Of a DNA stretch of 64,000 nucleotides, positions 1 to 12,264 are shown one piece after another; position 1 is the stretch's first letter, and each line of letters begins with the position of its first letter. Both the position numbers and the translations under genes were made by a program. This DNA is from Planctomycetota bacterium. Lineage in GTDB: Bacteria; Planctomycetota; UBA1135; UBA2386. The DNA is taken from NCBI GenBank assembly GCA_039815565.1, contig JBCBZB010000012.1, forward strand, positions 5,072-69,071, written 5' to 3'. The notes below the pieces were generated by a model. The model was not told where the DNA came from, searched no databases, and worked only from the letters and a program-made list of their open reading frames with translations.

Positions 1-2736
<2,736 letters not shown>

Positions 2737-2740
<4 letters not shown>

Positions 2741-3732
2741 GACGAAATGGCGTCCGTCGCAACCGAGGAGAGGACTCGATCTGCGGACGCGATGAAGGTC
2801 GCGGGGAGGTCTTGGCTGCTGGCTGCGGGCGCCTGCGGCTCGACACGGAGATTCTGAAGGCCGGCGTCTTGCAGCCAGCTGGTGACTCGTTCGCGAGAGA
2901 ACCCCTGCCAGAGCACGCCAAGATCCTTGCGCATCCACTCGTGGTCGCGGCGCGGAGACTCGTCGTCTTGCAGGAAGTCGACGATCACGACACGGCCGCC
3001 GGGCTTCACGACGCGCGCCATCTCGGCGATCGCTTCACGGGGCGAACTCACCGAGTGGAGCACCATGTGTGCGAGGGCAGCGTCGACTTCACCGTCTTCG
3101 AGCGGCAGCGCAGTTGCATCGCCCGCCCGAAGCTCCACACCACCGATCTCAGCGAGTCGCAGGTTCTCTGCGGCCGCCTTCAACATCGCGTCGGCGTTGT
3201 CGACGGCGATCACTTCGACACCGAGGTTAGAGAGGTCGACGGCGAGAACGCCTGTGCCGGTTCCGATGTCGGCCACGCGTAGACCGCGCGGGACCAAGTG
3301 TCCGATCGCTCGCGCGCGCTGAAGGTCGTCACGGAACACCTGCCGGATCCGGTCCCAGTCTGGACCGACGGCGTCGAACCACTCCCGGCTCTGCAACGCC
3401 CGCTCGTTGCGAAGCAGTTCGAGAGCCTCGGCGTCAGTCACCGCCTGCGGGTCGTCACGCAGTGAGTCGCGCGCCATCTCCCAGGCCGTACGCCAAGGCC
3501 CCGTGCTGGGAACGTCGAGCCGCGAGTAGGAGAAGGTCCCCTCCCGCCGCTCGCGCAGGATCCCCGCTTCACGCAGGACGCCGAGGTGACGGGAGACCGT
3601 CGACTGTGGGACGGCGAGCACCCGCACCAAGTCCTGAACCGCCAGCTCCTCGACTTCCAGCAGCGCGAGCATCCGCAGACGGGTGGCGTCTCCGAAGGTC
3701 TTGAGCAGGCGCTGGAAGGAATCGACGGACAT
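2737..3732 (-). CDS. ArsR-family HTH regulator fused to a SAM-dependent methyltransferase domain
   Basis: The N-terminus [17 protein letters not shown]...[28 protein letters not shown] is an ArsR/SmtB wHTH. The C-terminus has the Rossmann MTase motif [13 protein letters not shown]...[13 protein letters not shown]. Its stop overlaps the metH start (ATGA). Confidence 0.8.
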
Positions 3733-3749
3733 GAGTCGCCAGAGTGTAT

Positions 3750-3812
3750 CGGCTCATCCGGATTTTTGGGTTTAGACCCGCAAGAATCCGGATCTTCGGA
3801 TGGATCCGAGAT
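3750..3812. promoter_or_regulatory. Array of ATCCGGAT-type palindromes upstream of the ArsR-MTase/metH operon; candidate operator
   Basis: TCATCCGGAT at 3754-3763 and AATCCGGATC at 3785-3794, about 30 bp apart. Imperfect palindrome TCGGATGGATCCGA at 3796-3809. All lie in the 130-bp region 5' of the minus-strand ArsR-family gene. Confidence 0.4.
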
Positions 3813-3861
3813 GGCCCGCGGAGTTCATGCCTCGGAGACCCCGACACCCGACCCCGCACCC

Positions 3862-4842
3862 CTAGGGCAGGAGCCTTCGGCGCCGACAGAACTCCAACAG
3901 CGAGCGAGCGACGAGCTCGTGGCCTCGAGCGGTCCAGTGGCCATCGGACGGGAACCGCACCGCCGGCCCGCCGGAGTTCCCGGCCAGGGCCGGCCCCAGA
4001 TCGTGGACGTAGAGGTTCGGAACGCCCTCGAGCGCATCGCTCAACCAGGGAGCGCCCTCGTGAAAGAGCACGAGGGCCGCGCCCGAATCGGCGGCGGCTG
4101 ACGCCAGCCCACGGTAGAGAGCGAGAACCGTCGCCCGAGCCAACTCCGGCTCGACCTCAGCTGGCCGACCGACCGCCCAGTTCACGGCCCACTTCCGGAT
4201 CGATCGGAAGAACTGAGAGTTTCGCGTCAGCCATCCGACCTGCGGCCGTTCCGGGCCCACGAGCTCTCCGGCCGCGCCCAGACGGTACCGGGGTTTCGCG
4301 GCGCCATAGACCTCGGAGCGCAGCACCTCGTCGAGATCGTTCCGGCAGAAGTTCACCAGGATGACCTCCGGGCTGGCCCGCCCTGCCAGCAAGCCCGGAA
4401 GTCGTTCACGCAGCATCAGCAGGTGCTGATCCGGGGCCTGACCGCTGATTCCGAGGTTCCAGACCCGGGAACCCAGCGCCGCCGCGAGCCGGGCCGGAAA
4501 GGTCTGCTCCAACTCCACCCCCCACCCGAAGGTGAACGAGTCCCCGAGCGCGACGACCTGTGGCGACACCGAGTCAGGTCCCAGACCCCCGCGAAATCCC
4601 TCAGGACCGATCCGGATCGAGACGTTGAACTCGTCGGTTCGATGCCGCGCCTCCGCGCCCGGGCGGTAGACCCAACCGAGCAACGGGTCGTCTTGGACCA
4701 GCTGAGGGTTTGTCGTCGGGCCGAACCCACTCGTCCGAACGAAGCGCCAGGTCCACTCCCCGACCAGCAGCGCGAGCAGCGGCACGCAGAGCCGGAACGC
4801 GATCCGGATCCATCGACGGGGCCTCGGCTCGCGACCGTTCAT
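3862..4842 (-). CDS. SGNH/GDSL-family hydrolase, membrane-anchored
   Basis: GDSFTFGWG block. TM helix IAFRLCVPLLALLVG after the internal Met. Start set at the ATG at 4842 (ORF extends to 4884). Confidence 0.7.
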   Translation of the reverse strand: MNGREPRPRRWIRIAFRLCVPLLALLVGEWTWRFVRTSGFGPTTNPQLVQDDPLLGWVYRPGAEARHRTDEFNVSIRIGPEGFRGGLGPDSVSPQVVALGDSFTFGWGVELEQTFPARLAAALGSRVWNLGISGQAPDQHLLMLRERLPGLLAGRASPEVILVNFCRNDLDEVLRSEVYGAAKPRYRLGAAGELVGPERPQVGWLTRNSQFFRSIRKWAVNWAVGRPAEVEPELARATVLALYRGLASAAADSGAALVLFHEGAPWLSDALEGVPNLYVHDLGPALAGNSGGPAVRFPSDGHWTARGHELVARSLLEFCRRRRLLP

Positions 4843-5027
4843 GGCTTCAACACCTCGTGGAGATCCGTCCCAGAGCCGGGACACTCAGTGGGAAAACGGA
4901 GCGACGACTCGGGGCTGCGCACCCCCGTTCAGGCGGCGGTGGGCGCCGGGCCGTTTCGCGGCTACCTGGGGCTGACAAGGCCCAGCCGGCGCGGCCCCTA
5001 GGCCTCTGGCGCTGGGAGTGTGCGGTG

Positions 5028-5100
5028 TGGAGATGAGGGGAGTCGAACCCCTGACCTCAGCATTGCGAACGCTGCGCTCTACCAACTGAGCTACATCCCC
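5028..5100 (-). tRNA. tRNA-Ala (anticodon CGC)
   Basis: Cloverleaf by eye: acceptor GGGGATG/CATCTCC with the G3:U70 Ala identity pair, D-arm GCTCAGTTGGTAGAGC, anticodon loop TTCGCAA, T-arm AGGGGTTCGACTCCCCT. CCA is not encoded. Confidence 0.85.
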
Positions 5101-5302
5101 GCACTGGGGGCGCCAGAGTCTAGCGAGCAGCGCAGCGATTGGAAGTCACCAGGAGAGGGCTTTCGGAGCGGTTTCAGAGGGGCCGGGTCCCAGCGCGGGA
5201 CCGGCCGCGAGCAGGACCTTTGGCTGGGCCCCTCGCAACGCCGATTGATCCAGCGACGGCGAGGTCGAGTCCACGCCGTCACACCGAGAAGAGGGGAGTC
5301 GA

Positions 5303-6244
5303 ATGCCGATCCGAATCAGCGACGCAGCCGCGCAACTTCAGACTGACGAATCCGAGATCCGTGACCTCCTGATGCAGCATCGGGATCGGTTCGCCTCCGG
5401 CGGAGAGGGAGACGTCCTGGCCGACCCGGACTTCGAGCTGCTCCGCATGCTCGTCCGGGAGGCCCACGGAGAGGCCCTGGCGCCGATCGTCACGGTCACA
5501 TCGGGCAAGGGCGGGGTCGGCAAGACCTCGACATCCGTGAACGTCGCGGTCGAGCTGTCAAAACGCGGTCGCCGCGTCATCCTGCTCGACGCCGACCTCG
5601 GCCTCGCGAACGCCCACATCGTCGCCGGCCTGCGCGCCGCAGACCGGACGTTGTCCGACTATCTGCAGGGCGACTCCGACCTGATCGACATCGTGATGGA
5701 CGGTCCGGCCGGCCTGAAGATCATCTCGGGTGGCAGCGGCATCAAGGAGATGGCGGACCTCGACCAGAAGGGTCGAACGCGAATCATCGACGCGGTCCGC
5801 GCACTGCGTCCGCACTGCGACCTGATCCTGATCGACACCGGCGCCGGCATCGGCGACACGGTCACGGACTTCGTGAAGGCTGCAGACCACACCCTGGTCG
5901 TCACGACCGGCAACTTCGCCGCGATCGCAGACGCCTACGGAATCATCAAGGTTCTCGCGCAGTCCGGCTACGAGAAGCCGATGCACGTGATCGTGAACCG
6001 GGCCCGTTCCCCGGAGGAAGCCGAACAGGTGTTCACGAAGCTCAACGGCTGTTCGCGACGTTTCCTGAATTCATCCCTCAACTGGCTCGGACTCCTGCCG
6101 GAAGATAGCGGTGTCGAGGGAGCAGTCCTGCAGCGCACACCGTTCTGCATCGCGAACCCGAACAGCGTGGCCACGCGTTACTTGACGCGACTGGTCGACG
6201 CGCTGGATCGAGTTCTGCCGAGCCAACGGGTTCGCGTCGGCTGA
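5303..6244 (+). CDS. MinD/ParA/FleN-family P-loop ATPase with a 60-aa N-terminal extension
   Basis: Deviant Walker [19 protein letters not shown]. ParA-type motifs [11 protein letters not shown] and [20 protein letters not shown] upstream. Confidence 0.8.
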   Translation: MPIRISDAAAQLQTDESEIRDLLMQHRDRFASGGEGDVLADPDFELLRMLVREAHGEALAPIVTVTSGKGGVGKTSTSVNVAVELSKRGRRVILLDADLGLANAHIVAGLRAADRTLSDYLQGDSDLIDIVMDGPAGLKIISGGSGIKEMADLDQKGRTRIIDAVRALRPHCDLILIDTGAGIGDTVTDFVKAADHTLVVTTGNFAAIADAYGIIKVLAQSGYEKPMHVIVNRARSPEEAEQVFTKLNGCSRRFLNSSLNWLGLLPEDSGVEGAVLQRTPFCIANPNSVATRYLTRLVDALDRVLPSQRVRVG

Positions 6245-6291
6245 AGCCGAGCGCAGGAGGGGGATCACTCGAGGGAGAAGGGAAGACAGAG

Positions 6292-6717
6292 ATGACGAAC
6301 GTTTCCGAACACGACAGCGGACACGCAGACGGCGGTGCGAACACCGAGAAGACCGAGTCGAACACGCTCGGTCGCCAGGCCAACAAGGGCATCCTTGCCA
6401 AGGCAGTTGCGGAGGAGCTCGACGTACCACGTCGCGCGGCCGCCCGCATCTTGGATGCCGTCCTGGACTCGGTCCGCGATCTGCTACGCGACCAGGGCCG
6501 AGTGGCCATCAAGGGCTTCGGCACTTTCGAGCGTAAGATCCGCAAGGGTCGCGCCTACAAGCACCCGCTCACCGGGGAGAGTATCGAGGTCGCCGACAAG
6601 GAGACCGTGCTCTTCAAGCCGAGCGACGCGCTGATCTCGGACACCCGCCAGGGTGGTGCCACCCGCCGCCGCAAGGCCGCCGGCAGCCGCACCGAAGACG
6701 TCCTCTTCCGCGGCTGA
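6292..6717 (+). CDS. HU/IHF-family DNA-binding protein with N- and C-terminal extensions
   Basis: HU core GFGTFERKIRKGRAYKHPLTGESIEV (beta-arm signature). 40-aa N-terminal tail. Basic C-terminal RRRKAAGSR tail. Confidence 0.8.
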   Translation: MTNVSEHDSGHADGGANTEKTESNTLGRQANKGILAKAVAEELDVPRRAAARILDAVLDSVRDLLRDQGRVAIKGFGTFERKIRKGRAYKHPLTGESIEVADKETVLFKPSDALISDTRQGGATRRRKAAGSRTEDVLFRG

Positions 6718-6741
6718 GCCGCGGAGGCGGCCACAGGAAAC

Positions 6742-7629
6742 GTGGTCGCAACAAGCCGCGCGCGCTTGCTATCTTCTCGCGCCGTGGCCAACGAGCAGAC
6801 CGATACCGCGTTCGACGCGGCCTGCATCCAGTGCGACATCGCACCCGGTGACGTCGAAGGAAACTTCGAACGGATCGAGGTCGGGTTGCGTGAGGCGGCC
6901 GAAGCTGGCGCCCAGCTGATGGTGTTGCCGGAGATGTGGACGACTTCGTTCGTCGACAGCTACGACGACGACCTGCTCGACCGCGCCGTGCGCGCCGAGA
7001 CCCGGGTGGCGGCACTGAGCGCCGAACTCGACTGCATCATCGTCGGCGGTGGTCCGGCGCGAGACGGAATCGGGGTCTCCAACCGAGCGAACGTGTTCGA
7101 TCGCGGGGCCGCACTCGGCACCTACCGGAAGATCCACCTCTTCTCGCCGATCGCGGAACACAAGCGACATGTCGCCGGCAACCGCCCGCTGATCCTCGAC
7201 ACGCGACTCGGTCGACTCGGCGTCGTGCTCTGTTACGACCTCCGTTTCCCCGAGCTCGTCCGTCACTACTTCGTCGAGCGATGCGACGTCCTGCTCGTTC
7301 CCGCGCAGTGGCCCGAAGCCCGCGCCGATCACTGGCGCGTCCTCCTGCGCGCGCGGGCAATCGAGAATCAGTGCTACGTCATCGGGTGCAACCGCGCCGG
7401 CGTCGAAGACGGCCGCCACCCGAACGCTGACCACCTGCTGTTTCCGGGTGACTCGCGCATCGTCGATCCGACCGGCACCGTGATCGCCGCGGGTTCGGGA
7501 GAAGCGAAGCCGGTGCTCGGACACATCGAACTCCGCACGGTGCGCAGCATGCGCCGGATCGTGCCGATCGCGAAGGATCGGCGTCCAGAGGTCTACTCAC
7601 AACTCTGGAAGACGCCCGAGCCGGACTGA
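6742..7629 (+). CDS. Carbon-nitrogen hydrolase (nitrilase superfamily) protein
   Basis: ELxxPE-type block LMVLPEMW. Catalytic Cys context GVVLCYDLRFPEL. QWPEARADHWRVLLRARAIENQCYV. The exact start is uncertain. Confidence 0.7.
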   Translation: MVATSRARLLSSRAVANEQTDTAFDAACIQCDIAPGDVEGNFERIEVGLREAAEAGAQLMVLPEMWTTSFVDSYDDDLLDRAVRAETRVAALSAELDCIIVGGGPARDGIGVSNRANVFDRGAALGTYRKIHLFSPIAEHKRHVAGNRPLILDTRLGRLGVVLCYDLRFPELVRHYFVERCDVLLVPAQWPEARADHWRVLLRARAIENQCYVIGCNRAGVEDGRHPNADHLLFPGDSRIVDPTGTVIAAGSGEAKPVLGHIELRTVRSMRRIVPIAKDRRPEVYSQLWKTPEPD

Positions 7630-7683
7630 GCCCGTCCGCCCCTCAAGCAGCGACCGTCGAAAACGCCGCTCCGCGGAGATCGC

Positions 7684-8850
7684 TCAGTCGAAGATCTTCA
7701 GCCGCTCCAGCGGCTTCGGCTTCTTCAATCGCTCGAGTGCAGCCTTCTGTAGCTGACGCACACGCTCGGCCGTGACACCGAGATCTTTCGCGATGTCGGC
7801 GAGAGTCTCGGGCTCATCTCCGTCGAGACCATAGCGACGACGGAGGATCATCTGCTCACGGTCCGGCAGCTCGGCGAGCACCGCGCGCAGCTCTTCTCCG
7901 AGGTCCCCCTCCGGAACCGATTCCGGAATCGGGGTCGCGTCCTCGTCCGGCAACATCGCACCGAGGGAGAAGCCCTCGTCATCACCGCCGATCGTCGCGT
8001 CCAAACTGACGGCAAATCGACGGACTGCTTGGATGTCTTCGACTCGGTCCGCCGGCATGTCGACGCGCTCGGCGACCTGCTCGAGCAACGGCGCCGAGCC
8101 GGTCTCGTTGCGAATCGCATCCTCTGCACGACGAATCTTGCGGAGCGCCTTCTGCACCCAGATCGGAACACGGACGGTCCGCGACGCGTTGTAGAGCGTC
8201 TTCAGGATCGCCTGCTGGACCCAGTAGACGGCGTAGGTCTTGAAACGGACCTCACGCCGCCAATCGAAACCCTCGATCGCCTGGAACAGCGACGCACTGC
8301 CTTCCTGGATCAGGTCCGTCGCGTCGACACCGAGACCGCGGTAGCGGCGGACCGGTCCAAGGACCAGGTAGAGCGCGCCTTCGACGTAGAGATTGCGGAG
8401 GTCTTCGAGGTCCTGAACGACCTGCGCGAGCAGGTCCGCCGCACCCGACTGCGCTTTCCGGGTCGGCTTCGGCATCGCTCGGACCGGACGCAGGACCAGA
8501 TCGTCGACGATCGACTCCCGGTGACCCGCGCGGAGCAGCGCGTCTCGAACGCGCGCCTTGGCGAACTCGTAGCGGCGGGCCATGCGGAACTCTTCCGCCC
8601 GGTCCATCCGCGGCAGCAGCTTGACCTGCGCTTCGAAAAGCGAGGGCCAAGAGACCTTGGCCGTGTCCGAGGAGATCTGCGGGAGCGCCGAACTCGGAAC
8701 GGAGACCTGGTAGCTCCGGTTCGCAAACTCGCGAACCAGTTTCTTCAGGTTCTTGCCCCAGTCAGCAGTCGGGACGTCGAGCAGAGCGTCGAGTCGGTCG
8801 AATCCGACGATGCTCTTCTCCGGCAGGGATCGGCGTGCGCGCGTGTTCAT
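7684..8850 (-). CDS. RNA polymerase sigma-70 family factor
   Basis: Regions 2-4 are recognisable: DLIQEGSASLFQAIEGFD, TYAVYWVQQAI, ETLADIAKDLGVTAERVRQLQKAALERL. Start chosen at the ATG at 8850, preceded by a GGAGG SD. Confidence 0.8.
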   Translation of the reverse strand: MNTRARRSLPEKSIVGFDRLDALLDVPTADWGKNLKKLVREFANRSYQVSVPSSALPQISSDTAKVSWPSLFEAQVKLLPRMDRAEEFRMARRYEFAKARVRDALLRAGHRESIVDDLVLRPVRAMPKPTRKAQSGAADLLAQVVQDLEDLRNLYVEGALYLVLGPVRRYRGLGVDATDLIQEGSASLFQAIEGFDWRREVRFKTYAVYWVQQAILKTLYNASRTVRVPIWVQKALRKIRRAEDAIRNETGSAPLLEQVAERVDMPADRVEDIQAVRRFAVSLDATIGGDDEGFSLGAMLPDEDATPIPESVPEGDLGEELRAVLAELPDREQMILRRRYGLDGDEPETLADIAKDLGVTAERVRQLQKAALERLKKPKPLERLKIFD

Positions 8851-8988
8851 GAGGCCTCCGGCGGATCCGCGAATACGCGGACGCCTCCCGGTCGGTTTCA
8901 AGTTTCGGGCGAGCCGGCCAAAAAACAGCCTTGAATTGGGGCTGTATTGAGGCAGCCAGGGAGTGGAACCCCCTAACAGGCTTGTAAA

Positions 8989-9918
8989 TCAGCGCTTACG
9001 GCCGCTGAACAGAACAGCGCCAGCCAGCAGAACCAGAACCGCTGCGCCGCCGTAGATGAGGAAATCCCCGCCACCCTCGTCCGGATCCTCGGGCAGGTCT
9101 GCCACATCGACAGGACCAGCCTGAACCGCACGGTCCGCCGCATCGAATCGCTCCGCGAGTGGGCCGGTGCGAACCGACGATTCTCCACCCTGGCTGCGGA
9201 CCGACTCGGCCTCGAGCGCCTCTCGGCCGTCCTGACCCGGAACACGGACCGGCTCGTCGGAGCCTCCCTGCTCGCTCGGGATGAACGAGGGCAGTGCTTC
9301 GCCGACGACGACCTGGACCCGCGCGATCCCCTGCAGAACACCCTGGAAACGCCCTCCGCGGCGCACCTGGATCGGCACCTGGACCTGCACGCCGCCCGGG
9401 TAGGTGCCGTGCGGAGCATCCTGCGACACCGTGACCGGAGCCTCGATCCGAATCAGGTCGTCGTAGACCGTCAGGCCAACCAGGTCCGGATCCTCGCTCC
9501 TGCTGATCGGCTCGGAGACGACCGCTGGCCCGAAGCTCAGGTAGCCCTGATCCGGGCTCAGACGGACCTGGAATCGCTCGTCGGCGAGCCCGGCGTAGAG
9601 CGGGCGCATCGCGACATAGAAAATTGCCGTTCCAGTCTGACCGGGAGCCAGTCGCCGGGGCCGAATGCTCGCTCGGAGGTCCGCGTGACGGGACAGACCG
9701 TTTCGCGGCGCGTTCGGATCCAAGAACTCGGCATCCTCGTCGTCGCTGTCCCGCTTCCGCCCGTTCGGCTCGACCTTCAGAGGCTCACCCTGGCCTCTCC
9801 GATTGAAGCGCAAGTCACTGCCTGAACTCGGCTTGGATCGCTCTTGCGCAATCAGGTCAGGCGCCAGAGAAAGGGCCCCGATCGAGAGAACGAGGCAGAG
9901 GATCTTGGAACGGAGCAT
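8989..9918 (-). CDS. Hypothetical secreted protein with a C-terminal TM anchor
   Basis: Signal peptide MLRSKILCLVLSIGALSLA. C-terminal hydrophobic helix IYGGAAVLVLLAGAVLF followed by RKR. No recognisable catalytic motif. Confidence 0.5.
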   Translation of the reverse strand: MLRSKILCLVLSIGALSLAPDLIAQERSKPSSGSDLRFNRRGQGEPLKVEPNGRKRDSDDEDAEFLDPNAPRNGLSRHADLRASIRPRRLAPGQTGTAIFYVAMRPLYAGLADERFQVRLSPDQGYLSFGPAVVSEPISRSEDPDLVGLTVYDDLIRIEAPVTVSQDAPHGTYPGGVQVQVPIQVRRGGRFQGVLQGIARVQVVVGEALPSFIPSEQGGSDEPVRVPGQDGREALEAESVRSQGGESSVRTGPLAERFDAADRAVQAGPVDVADLPEDPDEGGGDFLIYGGAAVLVLLAGAVLFSGRKR

Positions 9919-10016
9919 GGCGGAGGGTCGGAACTCGGACGCGCCGAATCCCTGTGGCCGGTTGAGACGCCGGCTGGCAGAGTTTACTCCGCCGCAACCA
10001 TGTTCGCGGCCCCCAG

Positions 10017-11081
10017 ATGACCGACACCCAGCGAGACGCCGTCCTTCAGTCCCTCCGTCCCATCGTCGATCCGGACACCCGCCGGAGCATCGTCGACGGC
10101 GGAACCGTCCGAGAACTTCGGGTCGAAAACGGCGAAGTCCGATTCCTCCTGGCCCTCCAGCGCACCGGAACGCCCGAGGCGAAAGCCGTCCTGGCAGCCG
10201 CTGAAAAGGCCGCGATGAGCGTCGAGGGGACCGCCTCGGTCCACGTCCGCCTCGTCAACGCCGCGCCGCCGGCGGAGGGAGGCCTGCCGCCGAAACAGGC
10301 GATCCCAGGCGTTCGCCACGTCGTCGCGGTCTCGAGCGGGAAAGGCGGGGTCGGCAAGTCGACGGTCTGCGTCAACCTGGCCCTCGCCGCCGCGAAGGAA
10401 GGCTTACGGGTCGGCATCCTCGATGGCGATGTCTACGGCCCGAACATCCCTCTGATGCTCGGCGCCAAGGGACGCCCCTCCGGCGACGCCGAACGCCTTC
10501 ACCCGTTCGAGTCCCACGGCATCCAGACGATGAGCATGGGCCTTCTCGTCGGGGACGATCAACCGATGGTCTGGCGCGGCCCGATGCTCAACAAGGCGGT
10601 CACACAGTTCATGTTCCAAGTCGCTTGGAACGATCTCGACATCCTGTTCGTTGACATGCCACCGGGCACTGGCGACGTCCAACTCACGCTGACCCAGAAC
10701 ACCAACCTCAGCGGAGCGGTCCTCGTGACGACGCCGCAGAAGGTGTCAGTGCTCGACGTGAAGAAGGCCGTGCGCATGTTCGAGAAGATGGACACTCCGG
10801 TCCTCGGCGTCGTCGAGAACATGAGCTGGTTCCAGCCTCCGGGCAGCTCCGACCGCTTCGCACTGTTCGGCGAGGGTGGTGGACGGGAGATCGAGAAGCA
10901 GTTCAAGATCCCGCTGCTGGGCCAGATCCCGATCGGGATCTCGGTCCGCGAAGGTGGCGACAACGGGAAACCGGTCGTCGTCGCCGACCCGGATTCCGAC
11001 GCTGCCGACGCGTTCGTCCGCACCGCTCGCCGCACGATCGAGCGGATCCGCGAGCTCGCCACGGCCCCCCAGCCCCAGTGA
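10017..11081 (+). CDS. apbC: Fe-S cluster carrier ATPase Mrp/ApbC (NBP35 family) with an N-terminal DUF59-like domain
   Basis: [33 protein letters not shown]. CxxC-type region absent, but the Mrp signature blocks DILFVDMPPGTGD are present. Confidence 0.85.
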   Translation: MTDTQRDAVLQSLRPIVDPDTRRSIVDGGTVRELRVENGEVRFLLALQRTGTPEAKAVLAAAEKAAMSVEGTASVHVRLVNAAPPAEGGLPPKQAIPGVRHVVAVSSGKGGVGKSTVCVNLALAAAKEGLRVGILDGDVYGPNIPLMLGAKGRPSGDAERLHPFESHGIQTMSMGLLVGDDQPMVWRGPMLNKAVTQFMFQVAWNDLDILFVDMPPGTGDVQLTLTQNTNLSGAVLVTTPQKVSVLDVKKAVRMFEKMDTPVLGVVENMSWFQPPGSSDRFALFGEGGGREIEKQFKIPLLGQIPIGISVREGGDNGKPVVVADPDSDAADAFVRTARRTIERIRELATAPQPQ

Positions 11082-11106
11082 ACCGAAGCACTCCCAGCGC
11101 CTCCCG

Positions 11107-11325
11107 ATGACCGAAACCAAGAACCCGATGGACCTGTCCGACATCGGCCCCGAGACCGAGATGGCCGAGGTCGCGCGCAGGAACCCGAACCTCCCCGTCG
11201 CGCTGATGCGCTACCACATCGGCGGCTGCACTCTGTGCGGCTACGAGCCCGAGGACACGGTGGCCAAAGTCGCCGAGGACAACGGAGTTCCGCTCGAAGT
11301 CCTCCTCGAGGCCGTCCGGCGCTGA
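11107..11325 (+). CDS. Small DUF1858-like redox-disulfide protein (CxxC)
   Basis: The 72-aa ORF MTETKNPMDLSDIGPE...HIGGCTLCGYEPEDT contains a CTLC motif. It sits directly upstream of thioredoxin. The longer track ORF (10876) has a low-complexity Ser/Arg N-terminus that I judged spurious. Confidence 0.55.
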   Translation: MTETKNPMDLSDIGPETEMAEVARRNPNLPVALMRYHIGGCTLCGYEPEDTVAKVAEDNGVPLEVLLEAVRR

Positions 11326-11473
11326 GCCGGCTCGGGGAACTCCGAAGGCCGTTCCTCGAATCTCTCCACCCATTCCTTCCCTTGCGTTCCGGCTCCCGGG
11401 GTCCAAAATGCCCGGCCACGCGGTCGACCGACGTACTGGAAGGCCCCCACTACGTAATCCCTGACTATCACCG

Positions 11474-11803
11474 ATGGCGAACGTCCCAGAACTCCAGGAT
11501 TCGAACCTCGAGACCACCCTCCAGTCCGCTGAGCGCCCGGTCCTCGTCGACTTCTCCGCGACGTGGTGTGGCCCGTGCAAGGCCCTGGCTCCGAAGATCG
11601 ACACCGTCGCCAGCGACTACGACGGCAAACTCGACGTCTACAAGGTCGACATCGACCAGGCTCAGGAAGCCGCGGTGCGCTTCGGCATCTCTGGTGTTCC
11701 GACCTGCATCTTCTTCAGCAACGGCGTCGAGGTGGACCGCTTCGTCGGCAACAAGGACCTGAAGCAGATCAAGAGCAGCGTCGAGAAGGTCCTCGAGAAC
11801 TGA
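11474..11803 (+). CDS. trxA: Thioredoxin
   Basis: WCGPCK active site. 109 aa. Canonical Trx fold blocks VDFSATWCGPCKALAP and GISGVPT. Confidence 0.9.
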   Translation: MANVPELQDSNLETTLQSAERPVLVDFSATWCGPCKALAPKIDTVASDYDGKLDVYKVDIDQAQEAAVRFGISGVPTCIFFSNGVEVDRFVGNKDLKQIKSSVEKVLEN

Positions 11804-11859
11804 ACCCTCCTCCGGCGTGAGGCTGGGTCGAAGAGATCCGTCCACGTCGGCCCAGCGCG

Positions 11860-12264
11860 CTAGCGCGACGCGACGGAACGTCGGAACAGATCCCGGCAGT
11901 TCCAGAGCACGAACGCTCCGACCGCGCTGCCGAGCAAGGCATACGGCCATCGGGTGACCGGGTCGACCGCGCGAATCGGCGTCGTGCAGTGCACGCCCTG
12001 AATCACCGCCTCCAGGCGGTATGGGCCCGGCTCCTCGGGCATCGTGATCTCGAGCCGACCGTCCTCGTCGGTAAGCCCGAGCCTGCGCGGCTCCTCGGTC
12101 GCACCCGAATCTTCGTTCGGCGTGACGAACACCTCGACGCCGCCGATCACGTCCCCGCTCGCGGATAAGGTTCGGACCTCGATCGACTCGCCCGCCTCCA
12201 TCGCATCGGGACGCGGCTCGATCGACTGCAAGACACAGACTGTGACCAGCGCGGACAGCAACAT
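11860..12264 (-). CDS. Small membrane-anchored protein with a carboxypeptidase-regulatory-like (CarbopepD_reg) domain
   Basis: N-terminal TM MLLSALVTVCVL. GVEVFV...TDEDGRLEI pattern typical of the Ig-like CarbopepD_reg fold. C-terminal TM YALLGSAVGAFVLW. Confidence 0.5.
   Translation of the reverse strand: MLLSALVTVCVLQSIEPRPDAMEAGESIEVRTLSASGDVIGGVEVFVTPNEDSGATEEPRRLGLTDEDGRLEITMPEEPGPYRLEAVIQGVHCTTPIRAVDPVTRWPYALLGSAVGAFVLWNCRDLFRRSVASR

Noticed and set aside
3733-3861. Possible cobalamin or SAM riboswitch in the leader of the ArsR-MTase/metH operon
   Set aside because: I recognised no B12-box (or SAM-I kink-turn/pseudoknot) consensus by eye, and the leader is short (130 bp). The palindromes fit a protein operator better. 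An Rfam scan would settle it.
3744-4364. 206-aa plus-strand ORF rich in Arg/Pro/Ser
   Set aside because: It overlaps and is antisense to the GDSL hydrolase gene. Its composition (RPRxRxR repeats) is typical of an out-of-frame high-GC translation.
5028-5100. tRNA-Ala, and tRNA-Leu at 18571-18656, as possible integration hotspots for mobile elements
   Set aside because: I found no integrase, recombinase, direct repeat of the tRNA 3' end, or compositional shift next to either tRNA. The neighbouring genes are housekeeping.
10876-11106. N-terminal Ser/Arg-rich 77 aa of track ORF 10876..11325
   Set aside because: It overlaps the 3' end of apbC in another frame and is low-complexity. An internal Met at 11107 gives a compact 72-aa CxxC protein with sensible composition.
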